Positions 56,570-64,000 of a DNA stretch of 64,000 nucleotides are shown piece after piece. Position 1 is the first letter of the stretch; each line of letters opens with the position of its first letter. The notes under the pieces are model-generated. The model did not search any database. It worked only from the letters and a program-made list of their open reading frames with translations, and was not told the origin of the DNA. The DNA lies in the IMG/VR virus record IMGVR_UViG_3300031993_000012, positions 118,216 to 182,215 of that record; one strand, written 5' to 3'. This DNA comes from a virus (taxonomy: Duplodnaviria; Caudoviricetes). The translations under genes and the position numbers were made by a program.

Positions 56570-57859
56570 TTATTCTTTCATTAATAATACACGTTTGATG
56601 ATGTATATAATGATTGGTGTATACAAATATATTTCACGTGATGAACAAATACCATTATCAAATAATTGATCTCCGGTATATAATGATAAATCTTTGATGG
56701 ATTTCAAACGACCATGAATGAAATCATGTATCATTTGTACATACGTATATCGTTCACAACGATAATGACAACAACACGTTTTTTGTTTATCACAACATTT
56801 ACATGAACATGTTCGTGTACAATTACAGTCTCCTTCGGCCAATATACGTGCAATTTCATCCGAGAAGAATGTATCACAGTACGGAGATGCGCACCATGGA
56901 TCATTCGGAATTATTACTTGAATATCATTATCTCCGTATTGTGGAAATGATGAATTTACGAAGTTATACGAATCCATCATATGATATTTAAATGTATCCA
57001 AATATCGAATCGGTGCATCACGTTCAATCCATTTAAACGGTGATTTCTCATACAGATTATGAATATCATGCAAACGTAACTTATCTTCATTCAATACTAA
57101 ATTACCATATGCATTATCATTAATCAATAATCCATGTTTCGCCATAAACATGTTTCCGCATGGATCAAATATCGCAGTTCCATTTCCACGATAAATCAAA
57201 CAATTATGTCGTTTATCATAGAATCGTGATACGTAATTATCAACCATATCATTTACCATTTGAATTAAACGTGATCGATGTTCGTAATCCTGACGACCAA
57301 TGACAGGTGTTAAATCATTACCACCGATGGTTTGTAAATCCGTTTTGAATTCACCAACCGTTTGTTTATAAACCCATTCAATTTCTTGTGGATTGGTTGA
57401 AAACAATTGGTATGAAATTTTATATGAACCATCTGTATTCAATCCGTCCTGACCAACGGCAGTAACACGGAATAGATGTGTCATATTGATTTGACGTACA
57501 ATGAAGAAATCATTTTCTTTCGGTTGTACTGTTCCGGGAATAACGTATGCTTCACCGGGTAAATCATAATTTCTAACGGTTGTTGTTGATGCTTGTGTGT
57601 CTTGCGGTTGTAATGGTGAAAATCCTAATAACGGGAAATCCTCGATACGATTAAATCTGAATGGTGAATCTTTGCCTAAAATTTGATACGCATCGTTCAA
57701 ACCAAATGAATCTGTGGTTCGTTCATCATTGATACTGAAATACGTAACAATCGTACGACCGTCACCGGTATATTTATTGATTCGATTGTGTAATACTTCG
57801 TCGTATTTATAAAGTTGACCATCAATGGTGGAACGTTCATCAAATATTATGTTTCCCAT
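56570..57859 (-). CDS. Putative virion structural protein with Cys-rich insert
   Basis: Late motif at 57886; GEAYVIPGTVQPKENDFF...LFRVTAV; CNCTRTCSCKCCDKQKTCCCHYRC. Confidence 0.6.
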   Translation of the reverse strand: MGNIIFDERSTIDGQLYKYDEVLHNRINKYTGDGRTIVTYFSINDERTTDSFGLNDAYQILGKDSPFRFNRIEDFPLLGFSPLQPQDTQASTTTVRNYDLPGEAYVIPGTVQPKENDFFIVRQINMTHLFRVTAVGQDGLNTDGSYKISYQLFSTNPQEIEWVYKQTVGEFKTDLQTIGGNDLTPVIGRQDYEHRSRLIQMVNDMVDNYVSRFYDKRHNCLIYRGNGTAIFDPCGNMFMAKHGLLINDNAYGNLVLNEDKLRLHDIHNLYEKSPFKWIERDAPIRYLDTFKYHMMDSYNFVNSSFPQYGDNDIQVIIPNDPWCASPYCDTFFSDEIARILAEGDCNCTRTCSCKCCDKQKTCCCHYRCERYTYVQMIHDFIHGRLKSIKDLSLYTGDQLFDNGICSSREIYLYTPIIIYIIKRVLLMKE

Positions 57860-58023
57860 GTAGACACTCCTTCCATAGTGTAATTTTATCGTTGGGTTTG
57901 GACTATAATGGTATACTAATATTTCTATATTCTACATATATATTATTCTATTGAATAGAGGACAAACCTAAAAATTTATGGGTAAATATTTATCACAACC
58001 TCTATTCAGAAAGGAGTGTAATT

Positions 58024-58845
58024 ATGACTATAAGAGAACTTGTCGAACAGGGTAAAATTCCCTGGGTACTTAAAGTGCCAGACCACATTGACAAAGTGGT
58101 CGTCCATGATGGTACTTTTCATGCGGATGATGTTTTCTGCGTAGCGTTGTTGATGGAATGCTACAAAGAGGATATCAAATGGAAACGTGTTCCGAGAAAT
58201 GCCGTTCTGGGGAAATACGGTTACGATGTGCTCATATGTGATATTGGGTATGAGTATGATGGACTGAACAAATTTGACCATCATCAGTATGCCAATGCGC
58301 AGTTAGCAGCATCGGAATTACGTGCGGCAATCGGATTGTTGTGGGATGCGTACGGTAACGATATGTATCATCGCACAACATCGATGTTTCGTGATATTGA
58401 TCGTCATGACAACAATTCACGACAGTTCCGTTCACAGCTGTGCGTTTCAATTGGTATGTTTAATCCGGATTGGAATGCATCCGATGATGAACGTGATCGT
58501 TGTTTTGAAATGGCAGTCAACGTCGCACGACAAATGATTCGCGCATCAATCATTTCAGACACGTATAACATGCGTGCTATTCGAGAAATATCTGAACATA
58601 TGGAAATCGTTGGTGATGTTATGATATTAGATACAAACGCACCATATGAATTCTGTATATCAGATTATGACGTAAAAATTGTTGCACGTAAATGTGGCAA
58701 TAAGTACAAACTCAAAGCAGTGAATGGTTATAACTTTGACAAACGTTGGTCGGGAGCTCCGCCACTCAAAAATATGTCAATGGTATCATGGATCATCGAG
58801 ACCACTGATTATGATACTATATTCAAAATAGCCAAACTTTTATAA
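58024..58845 (+). CDS. MYG1-family metal-dependent hydrolase/exonuclease
   Basis: HDGTFHADDVF, CDIG, KFDHHQ, AIGLLW..YG, IDRHDN, FNPDW. Confidence 0.88.
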   Translation: MTIRELVEQGKIPWVLKVPDHIDKVVVHDGTFHADDVFCVALLMECYKEDIKWKRVPRNAVLGKYGYDVLICDIGYEYDGLNKFDHHQYANAQLAASELRAAIGLLWDAYGNDMYHRTTSMFRDIDRHDNNSRQFRSQLCVSIGMFNPDWNASDDERDRCFEMAVNVARQMIRASIISDTYNMRAIREISEHMEIVGDVMILDTNAPYEFCISDYDVKIVARKCGNKYKLKAVNGYNFDKRWSGAPPLKNMSMVSWIIETTDYDTIFKIAKLL

Positions 58846-58858
58846 GGAGGATATAAAA

Positions 58859-59650
58859 ATGAAAGTTAACATTTCAATCGCAGAGGTTCGTAAAGTATGT
58901 GAGACACTGCTGAAAGAAAACGGTGATGTTTTCGAAACATCAAGAAAGACGAACGTATCCGTCGATGATGTTCGTCGTATCAAAGAAGGTCGTTATATGA
59001 AATCCATTTCGGAGACATATTTCGATTCTTCTAAATGGTCAGACAACGCAACTGCTGGTGTCCAGGAACCAGAACCAGTTCAGCTGGTAATGGATGACTT
59101 TGACAAGACAGAGACCGAGAAGAAGGAGACAAAAAAGAAGGAGACAGAAAAGTCAGAACCCACCGTTGCTAAACACACGTTTGCAAAAATCACAGAGCCT
59201 ATGGTTTGTGAAATTTGCAACCTGTTATTGGCAGGAACAAAACATGGAGATATTGCCAATAAATTCAACATATCTATGTCAGCAGTATCGTCCATCAGAC
59301 GTAAAAGGACATGGAAGGTTGTATCTGACCGGTTTTTTGAATGCGTATCCGATCACGGCTCAGCAATCAAAAATATAAAAAGTGGCGAAGTGGTTATCAA
59401 CCCGAAGGATCGGTGGTATGCCAGCACGCTCCATGTTGAAACCAAAGGTCCGGTTATATCAGCAACGACCGATAACCACACTCGTGACATTATAGACGAA
59501 ATCCTTGAATTGGCAGTCAAATGCATTTCGCTCAACCGTACAATTGATGAACTTCCTGAACCAATAAAAACAAAAGTTCTGGAAGTAATTAAAAATGAGA
59601 TTGGGAATATGTCAATCTCACAAATAAAGGAGATAACCGATGTCAGATAA
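58859..59650 (+). CDS. Putative DNA-binding protein with two HTH motifs
   Basis: ETSRKTNVSVDDVRRIKEG and HGDIANKFNISMSAVSSIRRKRTW. Confidence 0.65.
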   Translation: MKVNISIAEVRKVCETLLKENGDVFETSRKTNVSVDDVRRIKEGRYMKSISETYFDSSKWSDNATAGVQEPEPVQLVMDDFDKTETEKKETKKKETEKSEPTVAKHTFAKITEPMVCEICNLLLAGTKHGDIANKFNISMSAVSSIRRKRTWKVVSDRFFECVSDHGSAIKNIKSGEVVINPKDRWYASTLHVETKGPVISATTDNHTRDIIDEILELAVKCISLNRTIDELPEPIKTKVLEVIKNEIGNMSISQIKEITDVR

Positions 59651-60803
59651 ATATGAATACCAGAACAAAAAGGAAGTTCTGGATGAATACATTGACAAAA
59701 TGGCACGTGGAATCATGCCAATGGTCGATGATCTTACGTGGAAAGAGATCGAGTTAAGGATGCATGAACTTGCATCTCAATCCGCGGAAGATACTGATGA
59801 TGAAGAAGAAATTGCACAACTCATGGAGGACACTAAAGTTCTCCGTGAGAAAGCACAGGAAACAAAGCGAAAGGCAACTCGTAAAGATGTTGCATATTTC
59901 ACGCTCACGGATGAACAGAAGAAACAGCTCCGTGAAGATATGTCGGCATCATATGTTCGATCTTCACCGTCATCTTATAATACGCCGGATGATAAACTGA
60001 ATGAAGATAAAGAACGCATGTTATTGCAAAAGCGAGCCAGTAGAATCCGTCGCTGTTATTATCATGCCGATGAATGGATTGCAGCAATGCAAACCATTCT
60101 TGATATCATTGATTATGATTCCAGGAATTATCCATGGATGACGAAGCATGAATATTATGAAGCATTCTGGAAAGGAACAATCAAATTGAATGTGATTGTA
60201 CCGATGCTGTTCATGGACTATCATACTCCGATTAAAGATCCGGTGGTATTAGCATCGATCTTTAAAGGAGAAACAATCGTCGAAACGAAACATGAAATCG
60301 ACACTTCAAATAAAGTCCGTGTTAAAGACGATAAAGCAGTCTGGATGGATGCGTTTGAATATTCACATGCAGAAGTCGATACAATGCAGCAACTGGCATC
60401 ACAAGGTTATGATACGCCAGTTAATCACATTCTTAAGGATACTAGAAAGTCATTGTACGATCGCTTCTTACCAGTAAGCAAACGAAATACAATGAAATTC
60501 AAAGGCAAAGTTCAAGAATTGTTGAAAGAATATAAACGTTTCAACAAGTTCGATGGACTTGATATAGTTCCATATAAACCATCAGATATTGTTACATATA
60601 TCCATAAACAAAATGATGGAAAACTCAATGCTTCTATCAGTACAGCAACGACAAAGTTTTTGTCAATGTTGTCAGATAAGCAAGAGATTAAAATCGATAC
60701 ATCATTTAAAACAAATGAGGTATTGGTTAATGCCGAAGCAGCAATGAAAGAAGCAGAGATCATGGCGAATATTAAAAGCATTAATAAAACCACGAAAATG
60801 TAA
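59640..60803 (+). CDS. Hypothetical protein
   Basis: SD AAGGAG; 387-aa ORF; terminator at 60875-60895. Confidence 0.65.
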   Translation: MSDKYEYQNKKEVLDEYIDKMARGIMPMVDDLTWKEIELRMHELASQSAEDTDDEEEIAQLMEDTKVLREKAQETKRKATRKDVAYFTLTDEQKKQLREDMSASYVRSSPSSYNTPDDKLNEDKERMLLQKRASRIRRCYYHADEWIAAMQTILDIIDYDSRNYPWMTKHEYYEAFWKGTIKLNVIVPMLFMDYHTPIKDPVVLASIFKGETIVETKHEIDTSNKVRVKDDKAVWMDAFEYSHAEVDTMQQLASQGYDTPVNHILKDTRKSLYDRFLPVSKRNTMKFKGKVQELLKEYKRFNKFDGLDIVPYKPSDIVTYIHKQNDGKLNASISTATTKFLSMLSDKQEIKIDTSFKTNEVLVNAEAAMKEAEIMANIKSINKTTKM

Positions 60804-60908
60804 AAATACATATCAATGTATTAATAGATCACATGTCGTCTGTGATCTTGGCTTCCTTTCGAAAACACATAAAAGCTCCCCCATTACGGGGGAGCCAATG
60901 TGTGTTTT

Positions 60909-63900
60909 TTATTTGAGTTTCACAGGTTGTGAATATGTTGTTGTATGAACATATTTTTTCTCGTATTTATCAATCGATTCCAATACAATTTGAATACCAC
61001 AATTTACATATGGAATGATTTGAATTGTGTGTTCGATATCATCGATTTCACCGTTTTCAATTGATGAAATATATACAGTAAAGAATCCGTCATATTGACC
61101 GTTGATATTAATACGATAACAATCGTTTTCAATATCTTTATCATATTTGACAACCGGTATGTTCATTATATCCGTAGTATGATGTAACGGTATGTATGGA
61201 TTTATAACAGCATCTTTACTCCATATTTGATTGTACAAATTGAGAATTTTTTTGTTATCGATTTCATGAATACCTAAAGAACGAACCGACATATTATACA
61301 ATACAGATCCATTTATCATTGGTAAATGAATAAGATTGCGATAATCAATCGGTGTTGTTTCAGGTAATAATAATCCATCAAGTATATTTGGTTCAGCATC
61401 ATGATTGTTTGGATTCTTGATGACATTACCAGTATATTCATACAATGGTTGATGTTGTAAATTATAGAACATGTAATCGATTCGTTGTTCCACGATATAA
61501 TGATTATTAATCATCATTTTCAAGAACGAATCGTATGTATTCGTATGGTAATAATTTCCATATAAATCAATGTACACATTTCCATGTGGTAACAACTCAG
61601 AATCATACATATCATCAACCAATTCAATACATTCAAAATTATGTAATGAATTCAAATTACACAATTGAATTGACGTTGGTGAAATGATATATAATGATTT
61701 ATCATCTTTGATACAACGACCATTCACCCAGAATTCATAACGGTCACGTGACAATGGTGTTGGAATATGTCCAGTCATATCAATGATTCCGTCTTTAGGA
61801 ATCTGGTTTAATGAATAACGACAAATACCAATATATGGTGAACGTACCAATTCGATATTGTCATTTATATTAGTATCGATTGCAAGTCGTGTTGCATTAT
61901 CAGAATGACGTGTATCCGATATTGGATAACGTACATGATATTTAGTGCTGAAATAATATTTGTATGGATCATCCGGCAATGAGTTATCCGGATTAAGTAT
62001 TTTTGTTTCGGTGTTGTAATATACGTTTTGTATCATTACATTATACGGGAAACCACCTTCGGATGGACACGATACAACAAATCGTTTTGGTAAAATATGA
62101 TACATTGGATTATTTAATTTCATCCAGTTACCACATTTCAATTCGTCGTTTTCATGTTTTGATACAATTACCGATATTAAACCACCGCAACTTTTGTATA
62201 CTGAAGAAGAGGAAACCATACAGATATATGATCCTTCCGGTAAATGATCATCTGAACAACGTTTGATTGTGAATGATTGATTATCCGGATCATCTCCAGT
62301 AACAGATTCAAATGTTAATGTCGAAACGTTTCCATTGAACTTATCTGACGATATGCATATTAAATCAACTTTGGTGTTTGGTTGATACGAATCACAATCA
62401 ACATTTACGATACAATAGTATGTATTATAATCAGAAGATTCCGTCGTATCAATATCCGGGAATTCAATTGGTACATAGAAATCAAATGCTGTATATGGAC
62501 GATTGTTTATGGAAATATCTTTGAAACGATATACTGGATTATTAGTATACTTTCCATTCGGTGTTGGACGTTCAACCATGAATCCTTCGAGAATATCTGC
62601 TTTATCAATATCACCCGGTAAATTGTCCTCGGTGAATGTATAATGTTCATGACCGTCATAATGTTTACGGATATTGATTTCGTTGTAAATATCCGTATTA
62701 ATATTACGATTGATTGACAATATTGGTTTAAACCGAACATCACATATTGATGGATTGTGTTCAATGTTTTCAAACATATCCGATTTACGGAATCCAATAT
62801 AAACCAATAATTTTTGCGTTGGTTGCGATTCATTGAATGTTACATCAATTGAATGTAAAACATTATTTGTTGCAAAATCATCGGGATTATCGAAACGAAC
62901 ACCATCGACAATATTTGGTGTTATTGTATATGATGTTGGATCAATCCATTTATGATTTTGACAATCATACATGTATATTTCCAATTCATCTGTATACGGG
63001 ATATCCATTATACATTCAACGAATTCTGATGTGACCAATTCGGCACGACCGTTATCGATATAAACCATTGCAGCATTGTATGAACCAACATTATACCATG
63101 TGGTCGGTTGTTCCAAATTTTTGATACAATATTCCATTCTGGCAATATATGCATTCCAGTAAGAAATCTTTTGTTCGCAATCCAATATTTTACGATAATA
63201 GAAATCTTTATCGTAATGGGTTGTTGCACGTTCCATTGATTCTGTATAGCTGACAATCAATTGTTCATAATGTTGGATGTTATGGTTTGCAACATCGATA
63301 CGTGATTCGAATACGGCAATTTCACCATCCCATACATCATGATCATCGGGTTCACGACGTAATATCGGATATTGTTCTGATAATGTTAACGGATCAACAT
63401 TATGATTTATCATTTTAATTTTAAATGAATCATCATATACTTGGTATTCACCAATGTATTTGAATTGATATTGTTTATGTTCATCATCAATAAAACGATT
63501 CTCATTGTTTTCTCCCAGTATCCAATTGATACGTGTATAAACATAATTTGCATTTGTTTGTACAAATATTGGATCACCCGGGAAATACAATAATTCATCA
63601 TATGGAATATCCGTCATATCAACGATATCGTACGTAATCCAATCCGTGTGATTGTATTCATTCAAATAATTTGATACATTATCTGGAATGACATGACACT
63701 CAATATCATCGAATAAATATTCATTGATTTTTGATTCATCGGTTATTTCAAACCATTTCGAATCCATATCAACAACACATTCAATGAAACCGCGTGATTG
63801 TGAATGATCAATTGCGGTTATTATTACGGGGAATCGATATTGATAATCGTATGTTTCCAAGTATATCTTTTGACCAACGCAGTATGGACCATATACCGAT

Positions 63901-64000
63901 GTAATGATATCATCGTCAATTGGTAAATGTAAAACTTGTGACGGTTTGAAATACATACTTGCAGAATGATGATTACCATAATAATCGATGGCGTAATCAT
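60909..64000 (-). CDS. Very large putative virion structural (baseplate/tail) protein, C-terminal part; start lies beyond the right edge
   Basis: The frame stays open from 63956 to the window end; PLSRDRYEFWVNGR-type segments; D/N/I/Y-rich. Confidence 0.65.
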   Translation of the reverse strand, partial: DYAIDYYGNHHSASMYFKPSQVLHLPIDDDIITSVYGPYCVGQKIYLETYDYQYRFPVIITAIDHSQSRGFIECVVDMDSKWFEITDESKINEYLFDDIECHVIPDNVSNYLNEYNHTDWITYDIVDMTDIPYDELLYFPGDPIFVQTNANYVYTRINWILGENNENRFIDDEHKQYQFKYIGEYQVYDDSFKIKMINHNVDPLTLSEQYPILRREPDDHDVWDGEIAVFESRIDVANHNIQHYEQLIVSYTESMERATTHYDKDFYYRKILDCEQKISYWNAYIARMEYCIKNLEQPTTWYNVGSYNAAMVYIDNGRAELVTSEFVECIMDIPYTDELEIYMYDCQNHKWIDPTSYTITPNIVDGVRFDNPDDFATNNVLHSIDVTFNESQPTQKLLVYIGFRKSDMFENIEHNPSICDVRFKPILSINRNINTDIYNEINIRKHYDGHEHYTFTEDNLPGDIDKADILEGFMVERPTPNGKYTNNPVYRFKDISINNRPYTAFDFYVPIEFPDIDTTESSDYNTYYCIVNVDCDSYQPNTKVDLICISSDKFNGNVSTLTFESVTGDDPDNQSFTIKRCSDDHLPEGSYICMVSSSSVYKSCGGLISVIVSKHENDELKCGNWMKLNNPMYHILPKRFVVSCPSEGGFPYNVMIQNVYYNTETKILNPDNSLPDDPYKYYFSTKYHVRYPISDTRHSDNATRLAIDTNINDNIELVRSPYIGICRYSLNQIPKDGIIDMTGHIPTPLSRDRYEFWVNGRCIKDDKSLYIISPTSIQLCNLNSLHNFECIELVDDMYDSELLPHGNVYIDLYGNYYHTNTYDSFLKMMINNHYIVEQRIDYMFYNLQHQPLYEYTGNVIKNPNNHDAEPNILDGLLLPETTPIDYRNLIHLPMINGSVLYNMSVRSLGIHEIDNKKILNLYNQIWSKDAVINPYIPLHHTTDIMNIPVVKYDKDIENDCYRININGQYDGFFTVYISSIENGEIDDIEHTIQIIPYVNCGIQIVLESIDKYEKKYVHTTTYSQPVKLK

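Noticed and set aside
1-64000. Alternative genetic code (stop-codon reassignment)
   Set aside because: Conserved genes are full length and densely packed under code 11, and the split RNAP/PolB pieces end at normal stops, mostly followed by terminator hairpins.

Overview
This AT-rich window (roughly one-third GC, by eye) comes from a lytic jumbo phage of the phiKZ/AR9/PBS1-like type, most likely infecting a Firmicute. Dockerin-like domains and BspA-type LRRs point to a cellulosome-making Ruminococcus-like host (inference). Core genes: three dispersed pieces of a split multisubunit RNA polymerase (beta N, beta C, beta' C), the N-terminal half of a split family B DNA polymerase, a GyrA-type topoisomerase subunit, an SF2 helicase with a Met-initiated class 3 intein, ThyX, dCMP deaminase, and DHH, MYG1 and calcineurin-like phosphoesterases. 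Cell-wall and virion genes include SleB-like, M23, L,D-transpeptidase-like and permuted NlpC/P60 proteins, holins and structural proteins. The 34.5-50.6 kb block is a receptor-binding module. It holds a diversity-generating retroelement with no avd gene visible (RT, TR, and VR with 23 of 23 mismatches at TR adenines) targeting a 1355-aa fibre, three BspA-LRR fibre paralogs with shuffled 69-bp units, and swappable N-terminal adaptors. Other notable signals: two late genes with dockerin-like domains (one fused to an L,D-transpeptidase-like domain), two promoter classes readable by eye, 5'-terminal stems on most early transcripts, and several candidate structured RNAs. All calls come from manual motif reading; no searches were run.
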